A stretch of DNA of 64,000 nt, taken from NCBI GenBank assembly GCA_965178125.1, contig OZ237758.1:434001-498000 (forward strand), given 5' to 3'. The notes beneath the pieces are model-generated. The model was not told the origin of the DNA. It saw nothing but the letters and a program-made list of their open reading frames with translations, and made no database searches. The first letter of the stretch is position 1. Each line of letters begins with the position of its first letter. The translations under genes and the position numbers were made by a program. Origin of the DNA: Bilabrum cf. latius (lineage: Eukaryota). Positions 1 through 12,342 of the stretch are shown piece by piece.

Positions 1-1108
1 CCACGGCCAGCACGGTCGCCAGCGCGTTCACCACCGAGGCCAACAGCGAACCTGACACTGCCGCCACGCCCGCCTTCTGGAACGTGTCCGAGGAGTAGTA
101 GAAGACCACGTTGATGCCAGACAGCTGCTGCGCGATGGTCAGAACCAGCATGATGGTGAGACTCCGCCGCAGCCGCTGGTCTCCCAGGACCTGCCACAGG
201 CTGGGTGCCTCCTCGTCCTGCCCCTGGGCGGCCTCCCGCTGCAGCTGCTCCAGCTCCCTGGAGATTTTGTTCCCTGCGCCCGGTGCTGTGGTGTCTCTGA
301 GCTGCTGCAGGCTCTTCTGGGCCTCTTGCTGGCGGCCCTGGGCGAGGAGATACCTGGGGGACTCCGGCATCATGAGACATAGCGCCACCTGCACGCCGCC
401 GAGCACCGCGCTGATGAGCAGCAGGATGGGCCAGTTGGTCGCGTAGGGCGAGGCGCCGCTCGGGAGGTTCTTCTGGAGCTGGGTGCCAGGGTCCACCGTG
501 ACGGCGAGGTAAAGGAGCTGGCTCGCCACGATGCCGATAACCACGGCGAACTACGCAAGCGTGCCGAACGTTCCGCGCATATGCTGGGGGGCAATTTCGC
601 CCAAATACAGGGGTCCGATCACGCTGGCTCCGCCGGAGCCGAAACCCGACAAGAATCGGCCCACAGCCAAAAGACCGTAACCGACGGGTCCCCGCAGTCC
701 CTTCTATCCAGCCATAAACTAAAGCACGCCCTGCAAGACGAACACGACACCCGACCACACGAGCCAGCTTCGCCGGCCCAGCGCGTCGGCAATGTATCCA
801 CCGGACTACGCTCCGACCATACCGCCTAGCGTAAACATCGACACAATCACGGACCAAAGCACTACGTGATCACCGTAATCGTCCATTTTAAGATCGCTTA
901 TCACCGAGTTTTCGGGCAAGTTAAGCACTCCCGTGTGCCACCCGAACTGGAACCCGCCAAACAAGCTCAGGCCTGCGACCACGTACAACCACCCACTAGG
1001 CACCGGCTAGTTCGTGACATTAGAATTCTACTTGGATTCATCCTATCCATTGATAGTATCAAACCCTCTCTGATCTACCAATGGGGCTGTTGCACTTTCA
1101 CGCTCCAT
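1..1108 (-). CDS. MFS sugar porter (GLUT/SLC2A-like hexose transporter), 3' end runs off the window; 7 in-frame TAG read as Gln
   Basis: One frame from ATG at 1108 to the window edge. It carries the sugar-porter motifs GGFQFGWHTGVLN, IADALGRR, GRFLSGFG, PLYLGEIAPQHMRGTFGTLA[TAG]FAVVIGI, PESPRYL and QQLSGINVVFYYS. TAGs at 1043, 1028, 1007, 806, 719, 704 and 551. Confidence 0.93.
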
Positions 1109-1386
1109 TGGCTTTGTTCGAAGCTGCCTGGCGCGAATGATGACCTATGTACGCTCAAATAAGCAGTAGATGCAGCTACAAGCCCAATTTAAACCAGAAG
1201 TGCGTGAGACACTCCAGGACAAACGAAGAACTACTGCTATGGCCGCGTCGACTGGTCGCCGTGGATCCTTCGCAAAGTGTACGCTACATTAATAATAATA
1301 CCGTAGATGCATTGCACGGTCAAGCAGGCAGGTTGCCGAACACTTTAAATTGCTGCAGATCACTCTTCGGTAGAGTTTTTGGTTTG

Positions 1387-4300
1387 ATGTCGTCTGGTTA
1401 TTTGTTGAAAAATGCTCGTTTGTACGAGTTTTCTGCCGTAAATCTGTGTAAAGTGCCTCCATGGCTGATTTCACGATCACAGTAGGTCGCCAGGAGACAT
1501 GGTAGCTCTCTGCAGTCGCACAGGCGGACTAATTCGGCTGTCAGGCTCCAGTCTGTGCTTGATATGAGGCATGCGCACCATGAATGCGCTCGTCCTGTTT
1601 CGACTACCGCGACAGAGGCATCTCTCCGGCAGTCTACAAGACCCATGCAGACAACGACCCCATTGGACGATGGCAGCGAGAGCGAGTGGCCGTTGAGCGA
1701 TTCAGATTCAGTACCAGCTCTACAACATGGCGGCACGCACAGAGATGGTTCGAAATTTGAAAGTGCAGCTTCAGTGGAGCCATCGGATGATCTGTCGGAC
1801 ATGACGGACTGGATAGCTGCGGCGCAAGAGAATGCATCCCTCGATGAGTAGCACAGCTCTGCGGGAGATGTGCGCAGATCCGACACAGTCGATACAAGCT
1901 CCGGCTGGCTGCTCGCTCCCAGGGATGACGCCATTCGCATGCAGACAGGCAAGACCGCCGAGGAAGCCTATGGCAAGGCAGCCGTACGCTTCCGAAGGGC
2001 CAACTGGACGACTGACCGCTCCCCCATGATGGCGAGCATGCCGCTCGCCGAGGCGATGGATTTTCGAGGGGATGGCATGGAGGAGTGGGGCCATGCGAAC
2101 GTTCTTCCGTACCTCGCTGAGTCGTTGTCGAGGCCCTGGCACGAGCAGCAGGACGTGGTGGTGCCCCACCTGGGGGGCATGCGCAGATCGACCGCTGATG
2201 CCAATCGGAACGTTGGCCTGTCCAGGTAGAGGCTGCAGTCTAGGGTGGCGATACAGGCTGATGCTATGTTCCGCTCGCGAAGGCGGCGCCGCGAGAGGCT
2301 CCGTGAAGCCTACGGAGTAGCTCGGCAGCACATGCGTGCGGCGCAGCGCCGAGCCACGAGGCAGCACGCCGAGCACCTGACTCTCCTCACGGAGGCCATG
2401 CTAAGCGCGCTACAAGCGGGGGACAGGGAAGGCGCAAGGCGACTGCTGGGCAAGATGAGGGGGACTGGACACCTGGGCGACTTGGGTCCCATCATGGGCA
2501 CTGGTGGTGGCGAGGGCAGGCCAACCAAGCTACAGCGGGAAAGGCAAATGGCTTAGAGGAGAGCGAGCGGGACGTTGGGGCGGCAGAGAAGAAAAGGCAA
2601 GGAGGCTGCGCTAAATGACAGCTTGGATTCCGTTGCTGTGGACGTGGCGCTGGCCGGTGCCGGTGCCGGTGCCGGTGCCGATGTCGTGGTGCGAGCTGGC
2701 TCGGGCGGTGCCAAGTCTCGCGGTGGGCAACAGACTGTGGTAGGGTAGCAGGGCCCGAGTATAGACTCCATACCACCACAAGATGGCGTGCTTGATGAGC
2801 CTACCACTCGTGCGGCCACCGCTGCATCGCAAGGACAGTAGGCAACCAGCAGGGTATAGATCACTGCCTCCAGAATGCCACCCATGCCGCGATTCAAACT
2901 GCCAGCTGCTCGAATAGAAGCTCCTGGTCCGGATTGTGCGCCCGCAAACCAAGGTATCAAGGTTACTTCTGAGTCGCAGCGGACGATGGATGCAGCCATG
3001 GCTGCATGGGCGGCGAGCCGCGCGCCGCACAGCCAGCAGGACGCAGCATTCAGCGAGACGCAACAAGGCGGGCTTGACTCCGAGCCTCACGAGGCGCACG
3101 TGAGCGGCACAGAACCTCGCTCGCTGGGCCCAGAGAAAAGCTAGCCGCTGGTCCTGCACGCTGATCCCACGCCTTCAGGCAATGTCCAAGGCGCCGCTGA
3201 AGACATACCTCCTGCAGCAGGTCGAGATGAGCAGACTGACGGGGATGAGTTTGAAGTAGACCTCTCGCTGCTGGACGCATCTGCCCAGCTCGCTGCCAAC
3301 GCCACGCTCCCCCGCGTGACACTCTCCGCGGGCAAGCCCAGGATGGATCCAGCCACAGCACGCAAGGAGCTCGAGCGCAGAAAGAGGAAGAGATCCATTC
3401 AGCGGGCAAATGAGATCGCAGCCTAGAGAGTACAATGGAACCAAGCGGCCGAGAAAGCGGCCAAGCAGGCCGCAATTGTATCCAAGCAAGAAATCCCTGA
3501 AGCAGAGCAGAACGCAGGCACGTCTGATGAGCAGCACGCTAGCCAGACTGAGGTCGAGGCTCCAAGTGAGCACCAGTCCGACGTGCAGTCTGCCAACGCA
3601 GGAGCTGCTGGCCTAGAGGAGGCTCTATATTCTTCAGCAGCGATTGCGCAGAGCATCCAGGCAGATCCGTTCGCAGCTCGTGCTTCCCATACGTCAGAGG
3701 CAGGTGAGCTATCGATCGATCTGGGCCAGGACACCGGGCCCCGCGCCGTAAATGTCAAGGTACGGTTGCGGGTTGAGGAGCCTACAGCCCCGCGAGAAAC
3801 CCCTAGCAGACCGAAGGAATCTGACAGCGGCGTGCTCGATGTGACGTCATCTGACGAGGCCGAGCGGAAAATTGCCGCGTACTGGGACAGCGTGCAGTCA
3901 CGAGAAAAGGAAGCCTCCGCTGCGAAGCGAAGCGAGATCCTTAGCGTCAGTACTCCTACCTAGGAGCAGCAACATCCTGCTGTTGCGGAGGCATAGGTTG
4001 AGGCTGCAGCGGATGACGTTGCGTCCTCTTCAGAGCCCATGGAAAAGCAACCGCGCTCATTGAAGGGTGAGACAGCCAGTGGTGCTGCACGGGAACCCAG
4101 TGAGTCCGACTCGAGCCCGGTCGTGGTGCTTGCCGAGAAGAGTAGGACGCTGCAGCTGCACGCAGTCCCGCATCGGCGTCAACCAGAAGAGTCGACAGCA
4201 CCCAAGGCAGCCGCACCAGCCGTGCCGCTGCAGAAGCCCTCCCCTGCCACTCAATTTGGAGAGCCTCAAGCGATTCCACGGGTCAAATTGGCAGCACGCC

Positions 4301-5901
4301 CAACGACGTCGAGCGTTGATGGAACCACGATCCGAAGCGGCGGCAAGACGGGCACAAGCGCGCTAGCAGAGGATATTTCCCTTGACCTGGCAGCGTACTG
4401 GCTGCGTCAACAGGTAACCGCGGCCCCGAGCCATACCCCCACCAAAGTGATGGCTCGACGCAGCGATGCGTAGCATACAACTGGACCACGATCGTCACAC
4501 CAGTAGAAGCATGCCCGTGGAGCAGAATCCAAAAAGGGAGGCAGGCGACGGCGCCCCGAAGTCGCCCAAATGCAGCCACGAGCGAGTAATCAAGGCAGCA
4601 CCAAGTCCAGCAAGCCTTTGCAGCAGGAGAACGGCCGCCGCAAGCCAGCAGCTGCTGCGGTGGCTGCTGCCATGCGCCCTGGCCGTGCGCACGGCCCCAC
4701 CACCACGGGATTACTATCCGTGCAGCAGCATGTGCTGGCCAAACAAGACCGTGCCATTGAGGAGGAGCGCAGCTCAATTGGAAACGTTCCTATCAGAGAC
4801 TCCTCTCCGGTGACGGTGCGTGCAAGCGAGCCGGCCACTGCGTCGGGCGGGGCCCGGAGTAGCAAGCCTAAGCGCTTGTCTAAGGACTTCAGGAAGCAGA
4901 TGAAGTCGCTTGAGTCCGCAAGTGCAGAGCCGGGTGCAGCCAGCCTTAAGCTATCACCAGCTGCGGAGGCATCGCCCCCTTCCAGTGCATCCAGTGAACC
5001 TGCTCCAGCCCGAAAGCGGCTCTCCCCCGCTCTTGCGGTGGTTGCAGAAGTAGAGCAGCAGGTAAGGGAAACTGGCTCCGTGAGCGTGCCGATTGCATCC
5101 ATGCAAGCCATGCTTCGATGCAAGCTGGATCCTGGGAGCGCAGAGGGGCGGGCGGTACTGCGATGCTTCGCAGCCATGGTGCGCGGGTCTAGCGAGCTTG
5201 ATGTTCTCGACGTTCTCTGCGCTGAGACTAAGCGCAAGAATACTAGAAAGCTGACCATGTACCAGCTGTGCGTCATGGTTGCCCGCAACGTCCTCGCAGA
5301 GCGTTGGACGGAGGCAGGGGCTGCACACGGTGGCCGTGCCCCCGAGGACCAGGCCAGGAGCGCGAGGTGCATCCAGCTTGTGCTGGCGATCGCGGAATGG
5401 AAGATGTCCAATCCGCTCCTCGCAAATGGGAGCGTTGGGACGCTGCGGCGCCTTGCTGCCATCGCGGGTGGGATGGGGCTGCCTGGTGCCTTGCCGAGTA
5501 TGGAGGAGGCATTGTCATTTCCGGACGGTGCTTCTGCGGGCACCGCAAAGGGGGTGCCGTCTGCGGCTGAGGCTCTTCTGGCTCGGGCCGATGTGACAGA
5601 AAATCTCGCCATGCCCAAAGTGGTGCGTCACCCAGGTAAGCTCTCCCAGTCACTGGCAAGGGACCGGCTGGTGTCTATAGTGGAGGCGCCGACGTACAGG
5701 CGGATCGGTGCTGCCGCGGAGCGCGTGAGGTCCAAGATGCTGCAGGCCATGCGGGAGGCGCGCAAGTACGAAGCAGGGGAAGCGGTGCTGCCTAGGGTAT
5801 GGGTGCCCCAAGGAGAAGTGCAGGCGGGCTCAGGCAAGGCCGAGGGGTTGGGGGCACCCGGGGATGAGTCCGGGGATGGGGAGGCTCGCGGCAGGCAATG
5901 A
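1387..5901 (+). CDS. Uncharacterised, largely low-complexity protein of ~1,500 aa (13 in-frame TAG); start codon uncertain
   Basis: ORF-track pieces 1147, 1555, 1870, 2245, 2875, 3583, 4039 and 4570 share a frame and are joined only by TAG; the frame ends in TGA at 5899-5901. It is also open upstream to ATG 1147. No family recognised. Confidence 0.72.
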
Positions 5902-6011
5902 GCAATCGGTGGGGCTTCCGCGTCTTGGGCTAGGGTGTGACTGGCAAATATTCATAGTACTCAACAAAACTTTATATTCTAACGCATGTCTCGTAAATTC
6001 TGGTGTGCGGG

Positions 6012-9000
6012 TCACTCAACGCGTCTCTTCTTCTTTGCTGACCGCTTTCCTCGTGAATCCCCCTCGGCTGCCTCACCCGACCTGGCCACCCCGAACGCAG
6101 CCCCTGCCCGCCTGCCCGCCTTGGAGGCTCCTGCGACCGCCTTGCGCTGCGCCGTCGAGGACTCCGTTTCCGCGTTCGGCCAAGCGATCACCAGCTTGCG
6201 GCCGTACAGGTGGGTCGCACCGAGCTTGTCAGCCGCAGTGCGCGCATCCTCAGCAGAGGCGAAGTCCACGAATCCGAAACCACGGTGCTACCCATCGTGC
6301 CGACGGGGCACACGGACAGACTGCAGCTTGCCAAACGCGCCGAACAGCTCCCGTAAGTCCTGTCGCGTGGCCTCGAAAGCAAGGTTCTTCACCAAAAGCT
6401 TGCTTCCCTGACCAACATTCGATGCGGTGCCTTCCTTAAGCTCCTTGACAGCGGCCGAAGCTGAGGCCCGGTGAGCAGCAGACGGTCCCGCCTGCTTCCT
6501 GGATAGCTTCAGCTCGATCGAATGGCCGTCCAGCATGGCCCCTTGCAGCCGCTTGATGGCTTCTAGCGCGTCTTGCTTGTCCGTGTACTCGATGAAGCCG
6601 TACCCCATCGACAGCACGACGTCCTTGCCGCCGCGCCGCTCGGTCCTCGTGGGAATATGCACCGCTCGCGTCTTTCCCACCGTGTCTGCGAGCTCCTTGA
6701 GCCTCTGCTGCGTAGTGGCGAAGGCAAGGTTCTTCACAAAGATCGTCTTGCCGTCAACGGCAGAGGACAGCGAGGGTGCGGCAGTGCCCGCTGCAGCTGC
6801 AGTGGCAGCACTGCTGGGCTTGCCGCCCTCCGCACTGCCATCGCTAGGCAGCTTACCTTCATCGTCAGCTCCTTGCTCAGACGTAGAGGCTCTGGCCTTG
6901 CTGTCCACGGCCGTGCCAGCCATGTCGCTGTCATGCATCCCGCCGGCAGAGCGCTCGGACACCAAAGTGCCAGCCTCAAACAGCTGATCCGGAGCCCACT
7001 CGAGGTACAGGGGGACTCGCATGAACCTGGTGTATGCCAGCGAGCGGAATGCCTTCTTGGCAGCACGGGGCTGCTCGAATTCCACCAGGCAGATGCTCTT
7101 GGCCGGAGGCATCACGCACCGCACAAGAGGCCCGAACCGAGAGAAAAGCGACCGGACGGCCTCTCGCTCTACATCAGGCGGCAGCTGCTTGACAAGGATG
7201 ACGCTGTCGCTCCGCGGCACTGGGAGCCCCTTGAGGGCCCTCTCCATCACCTCGAGGTCCACACCCTCCTGTCGTAAGAACCCCTTGGTTTCCTCGATGA
7301 CAGCAGTCTCGCCCAATGCCAGCCGCACTGCGGGGTTGGACGCCGTCTTGTCCATGACTTCGTCTTCTGCTGCTCCCGAGGCTTTGGCTGCAGAGGCCAG
7401 CGCTACATCGGATCGCACGAGCAGAGTGTTCCACACGTTGGATTCCCTGCCGCTCCTGGCTGCCTCCTTCCTCTTCGCTTCCAATTGCGCCTTGTAGGTG
7501 CTTTGGCCCACCTTGCGCCTGTCCCCGCCCGACCAGCCATCGGTACCGTCAGCACTATCATCGTACCCCCCTGTCGGCTTTGGGGGCGGCCTTGCAGGCA
7601 TAACGTGCACGAGTCTTCCCATGAATACCTTGCCATCTGTTGAGTGCATGGCCCTTGCAGCACTGGCGGGGTCATCGAACGAAACGAAACAGATGCCCTT
7701 GCCCTTGCCAGATGCGTCCCGGGGCAGCACAACCTCCTTCACAATGCCAAACTCACCAAAGTGCTTCTGCACCTCGGCCTCTGTCGCAGCATAAGGCATG
7801 TTCCTGACGAACAGCCTTGACTCATCAAACTCCGGCTAGCCTTCGCCATCGCTGTTCTCGCCTTCGCTGTCAGAATCTCCTCCATCGGCCCGCCCCATTT
7901 CCTGCCTGCTCCTTTTCTTGCCACGACGGGCCGCCGGCTTCAGCTCACCATCGACAACCTGCAAGTCTCCGCCTTCGTCCTCGTCGCTGTCACTGTCACT
8001 GTCTCCATCACTGTTACTGCTGTCGCTGCCGCTTCCGCTTTCCCCGCCTGATTCATCCGAAGCCTTCGCTTCTCCCTCAGTGGCACCCTTGCTGGCGGGC
8101 CCCTTGGCTTGGCGCAGGAACGCCAGGTTGTCCTTGCTCAACCCTGCTGCAGACGCAGGTGCGTCGGCACCAGAGTCGCCGTCCACCGAGCTACCATCAT
8201 CTGATGCACTATCGCTATCGCTATCGCTACCACTATCGCTATCGCTGTCACTGTCGCTGTCGCTGTCGTCGCTGATCGACTTGCCTTCTTCTTCCTGTGC
8301 ATCCCCACCCAAAGCGGCAGCGCTGCTGGAAGAACTGGATGGGGCAGAGGCAGGTCCTCTGCCAGGGCGAGCTGATGTTGCTCCCTGTCCCGCGACATCG
8401 TTGCTCCAAGTCGATTTGTTCCCCTCGCCGCCCCCCATCACCCCAGCAAACTCCCTGTACAACGGGTCGTCGCGTGGGATGAGCCCACGGACACCCGTGG
8501 GATCTTCCTCTTCGCTCTTTTGCTGCGATCGTGGCTCTCTCTCCGCATCTCCATGCACTTCTGCATATTTACTAGAGCCCGGAGTGTACTTGCTCCATGG
8601 CCTTGGCAACGCTCCATCGCCCACCTGCATGCAGTAGAGTGCAAGTGCAACAAGACGAAATACAGTTGTAACCGAATAATGATGGATACTCCACGCAACC
8701 ATGGCTACAGACAATAAAGGAAATTATCTCACCGCCTTGGCAATTTCGACAACGATCCTTCCCCCGCCAATGTATGACTTGTTCAAGCGCCTAACTGCAA
8801 GTCTGGCTTCGCCCGCCGACTTGAACCCAACGAATCCAAAGCCACGAGGTCGACCATCTCTGCGTTAGAATTGGTAGCTTATGAATTCACAGCGTTGCTT
8901 CATGACTTCTGAGACGCACTGGCCTGCTGCACATCTCGCTAGTTGCACTCACTTGGTTTTTACAATTTTCAGATCTGTCACTGTACCTATCTTGGAAAAT

Positions 9001-9074
9001 ATTTCTCGGAGCTTTGGCTCTGTCATGAATTTGGAAAGCTGTTTTACGCAGATTCTGCTGCTTTCGTCCTCCAT
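6012..9074 (-). CDS. RBM19: Multiple-RRM ribosome biogenesis factor RBM19/Mrd1 (~953 aa; exons 9074-8953, 8859-8733, 8624-6012)
   Basis: N-terminus SRICVKQL...VTDLKIVKTKDGRPRGFGFVGFK, then PRPWSKY, NVWNTLL, AVRLALGET, VILVKQLP, PLYLEWAP, SMGYGFIEY and KLLVKNLAFEAT. TAG at 7836 precedes RRM2. TAG at 6288 lies inside the last RRM (DG[TAG]HRGFGFVDF). Ends in TGA. Two GT-AG introns restore the frame. Confidence 0.93.
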
Positions 9075-9194
9075 AGTCGCACTACAAACGGTGTTTTGTC
9101 TGGTGCTCGGGAACACGAAAATCGATCGAGCAAGTGTGACGAATGCCACGCCCCAGCCACGGGATTGGTCTCAATTCGAGTATTTACCGAGATT
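9075..9194. promoter_or_regulatory. Probable compact bidirectional promoter between RBM19 and the aminotransferase
   Basis: Only 120 nt separate the divergent ATGs at 9074 (-) and 9195 (+). Inferred from layout; no motif identified. Confidence 0.45.
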
Positions 9195-10673
9195 ATGGCA
9201 GCTGTAGCCGGAGATGGAGCCGAAAAGAAGTATACCTATGGACAATACACAGTCGCTAAGGCCGAGGAGCTTGTAAACTTCTGTGTCGGACAGGTAAGAT
9301 CACATTAAACTTGGTGGCCTGCACGCGCATCTTTGGCAATCGATCCTTGAAGAGCGCTTCCGTTTGAGTAAATCGCAGCCGGCTCCATCTATGCTGCCTT
9401 TGGACAAGATCCGAGCGGCCGGAAAGGCCAAGTTCGAGGAGGATGACGTGAATCTCCTGCAGTACGGGCAGATCCCGGGATACCCCGAGTTCCGCGAGGC
9501 TCTCGCCAAGTTCCTTTCCGAGGAGACCAAGTTTCCCCACAAGGCAGAGAACATGTTCGCCACGAACGGCGTGACGGGCGCGTTGGCACTGATGTGCTCT
9601 CTGTTCCTGAAGACCGGCGACACGGTAGTGGTAGAGGAGCCCTCTTACTTTCTCGCTCTGAGCATCTTCAAGGATTTCGGCCTCAAGACCGTGTCTGTGC
9701 CTATCGATGAGAACGGCATGCAGGTGGAGTGAGTCCTGTTGGAAATGAGCTCTATATTTCCACCCATCGTTGCACCCGGCCCCGCACTGCCGTTGCCACG
9801 TCCGTCTTCCGCCCGCTTGCACTCGCATCGAATGGCCTCTCCCACATCGTGCACTGTCCCCGCAGCAAGTTGGAAGAGCTCCTGAAGGGCGGCCTCAAGC
9901 CCCAGGCCCTGTATACCGTGCCCGTGTACCACAACCCCACGGGATACACACTCTCAGAGGAGCGCAGGGTCAAGCTCGTGGCACTGGCGCGGGAGTACGA
10001 CTTCCACGTACTGGCCGACGAGGTGTATGAGATGCTCGGCTTTGAGGGGACCGACGGGTCAAGGCCCTCGCCTCCCAAACCCATGTATTTCTACGACGAC
10101 GCCGAGGACGGGCACGTCACGACCGTGGGTTCCTTCTCCAAGATCCTCGCACCCGCCCTGAGGGTGGGCTACCTGGTTTGCCCCGGGCACGTGATGAAGA
10201 AGATCAGCGATTCGGGGCAGCTGGACTCGAGCGGCGGCATCAACCCCGTCATGTTCGGCGTGGTGCACAAGGCCATCGACATGGGGCTTCAGAAGGAGCA
10301 CCTGTACGCGGTGCAGAAGGAGCTCGGCGAGAGGGCACGCACCCTCAGCGCCGCCCTCCACAAGCACCTGCCCGAGGGCTGCTGGTTCCAAGAGCCAGCG
10401 GGGGGGTACTTCCTCTGGATCCGCGTGCCCGAGGGCGTGGATGGCGCTCTCCTGGCTGACCACGCGATGGTGAATCACAAGGTGAAGGTTCTCCCCGGGG
10501 TCAAATTCGGCGACACGCTCAAGAAGTACATAAGGCTGTCGTACTCGTACTACAACGCGGCGGATCTGGCCACAGGGGCAGAGAGGCTGGGCGAGGCCAT
10601 CAAGACCTACATCGCCAACGGTGGTCCAGTTGGGGACGCTGCTGGAGCTTCGGCTCGCGCCGGGGGTCGCTGA
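9195..10673 (+). CDS. PLP-dependent class I/II aminotransferase (aromatic amino acid / 2-aminoadipate transaminase-like, ~418 aa; exons 9195-9293, 9379-9728, 9866-10673)
   Basis: Motifs LQYGQIPGYPEFREALA, TNGVTGAL, VVVEEPSY, YTVPVYHNPTG, ADEVY, GSFSKILAPALRVG (PLP lysine), PAGGYFLW and IRLSY. Two GT-AG introns. Ends in TGA. No in-frame TAG. Confidence 0.92.
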
Positions 10674-10986
10674 GCAGCGTGTCCAGGTAGCGACCAGTCG
10701 CTCCCGGGACCTTCGCAGGGGCCGGGCTTTTTGGAGCCGGTCTGTCGGTTGGTTTGTTCCTCGTGCGACGTGCATGTCGGCCATGAAATGGTCCAGTGTT
10801 TCGATATTTCATGTTTTACATCGCAATCAACAAGCATGGCTGCCCGTGGGGAGAACTAACGAGCCGCGACCTCGGCGCCACCCAGACTGCTTGCCTCGGG
10901 CTGTCTGGCTGCGCCTCCCTCCCTCATCCAACGTCCCAGATATTTGTACCACCTTGCACTGATCACTGTGACCAAGAGTTCTGTGA

Positions 10987-12004
10987 TCACGAGTCTGGTG
11001 TTTTGGGGGAGTGCAGTGGGTTGGACATTTCGATGTCGAGGTCTTGGCTGTCAGAGTCCAGCATGCTGCCCATCGAGGTCTTCTTCTTGAGCTTGGCGAA
11101 CTTGCTCTTCTTTGCCTCCTTCTTGCTCTTCGCGGATCGCTCGGCCTTGAGCCTGGCCTCTTCCTCGATGGGGTCTCTCTTGGCGAACAGGCCCTCCTGG
11201 ACCTTTTTCTGCTGCTCCTCGTCCAGCTCCGTGACGATTTCGCCGCAGCACGGGCAGCAGAATGGGCCAACGGGTCCGAGGTGCCGACGGCATATCATGC
11301 AGCAGCCGCACGTGTCTTGCGTTCCGCATTTGCAGAATCCGAAGCAAACCAGCACCGAGAAAAAGACTATGGTGAACACGATACCGCCGACGACCATTAG
11401 GATGATGGCGAGCGTGGAGGCAACTGCGATTGATTGAGAGCACCAAGATGCCAAGGCACAACGGATAACCTGAAAACATTCATTAGAGGCATTGCTACGA
11501 AACCCTAAAGCTCACTGATGCAATTATTGTAGTACAGCTTCATGCCCGGACATGACAAGTCTGCCTGCACCCACTCCAACGAGCCCAGAATGTTGCTGTA
11601 GTTTCCCTTGTTTCGCAGCATCGTACCAAACGTACCTGCGGTATGCGAAGGAACAGTATGGGCCGAATATTCCTCGCTGGTACCCGAGAAGAGCCTCGAA
11701 TGGACGGCGGTGCGCTGTCACCAATCAGAGTAAAAAGCGATCGAAAATAGCCTTCCTTACCTTCCCAACAAAATTCTCCCGGCGCAGGATCTCCGTTCTG
11801 TGCGTAGTTTACGTACGTGAGCATGGTAGCATTCTCAATGAACCCTTTACCTTCCGAGCAGAACACGCTGTCCTCGTCTAGCGTGCAGAGCTCGCAGTCC
11901 TTAATGGCAAGCACCTAGAAAGCGCTGGTTGCGTTCTCTCTGGCATGAACCGATTGTCCTAGAATCACAAATAACACAGCAAGCGCTCCTGCTACGCTTT
12001 TCAT
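10987..12004 (-). CDS. Small type I membrane protein with Cys-rich ectodomain and Cys-rich juxtamembrane tail, PTTG1IP/PSI-like (~266 aa; exons 12004-11761, 11635-11516, 11423-10987)
   Basis: Signal peptide MKSVAGALAVLFVILGQSVHA, TAG at 11915, CELC...FC...FCWEG, TM helix LAIILMVVGGIVFTIVFFSVLVCFGFC, then a Cys cluster and a charged tail. Two predicted GT-AG introns join the frames. Ends in TGA. The family call rests on architecture only. Confidence 0.68.
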
Positions 12005-12342
12005 GCTCGCTGCGGGCACCAAGGGGCTGGAGTCGGCAAATACGATTGTTCATCTAGCTTCTACAGTGAGACGGGTCGCAAACCCCGAACACGCAGCGAG
12101 TTACAGCACACAACGTTGGATCTATTTCATATGCGGGTACTTTCTCACAGTTTCTATCTTGTGTAATCGTGAACAGAGTGGGTCGACGAGCTGAGCGAAC
12201 GAAAACCGCATTTTCTTGTAATAGCACGGTACTTATAACTGGAACGGACACAACGCATATTCTCTCTCCTCAGCCTGCGTGGAGCAAGTTTCAGCTTGTT
12301 AACTGCATTTTGCCCTTTTGGAGTCTCGTAAATTGCATCAGA

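Noticed and set aside
7960-8275. Hexamer repeats (CTATCG/CTGTCG) as a separate element
   Set aside because: They encode the acidic Ser-Asp linker of RBM19, which is ordinary low-complexity coding sequence.
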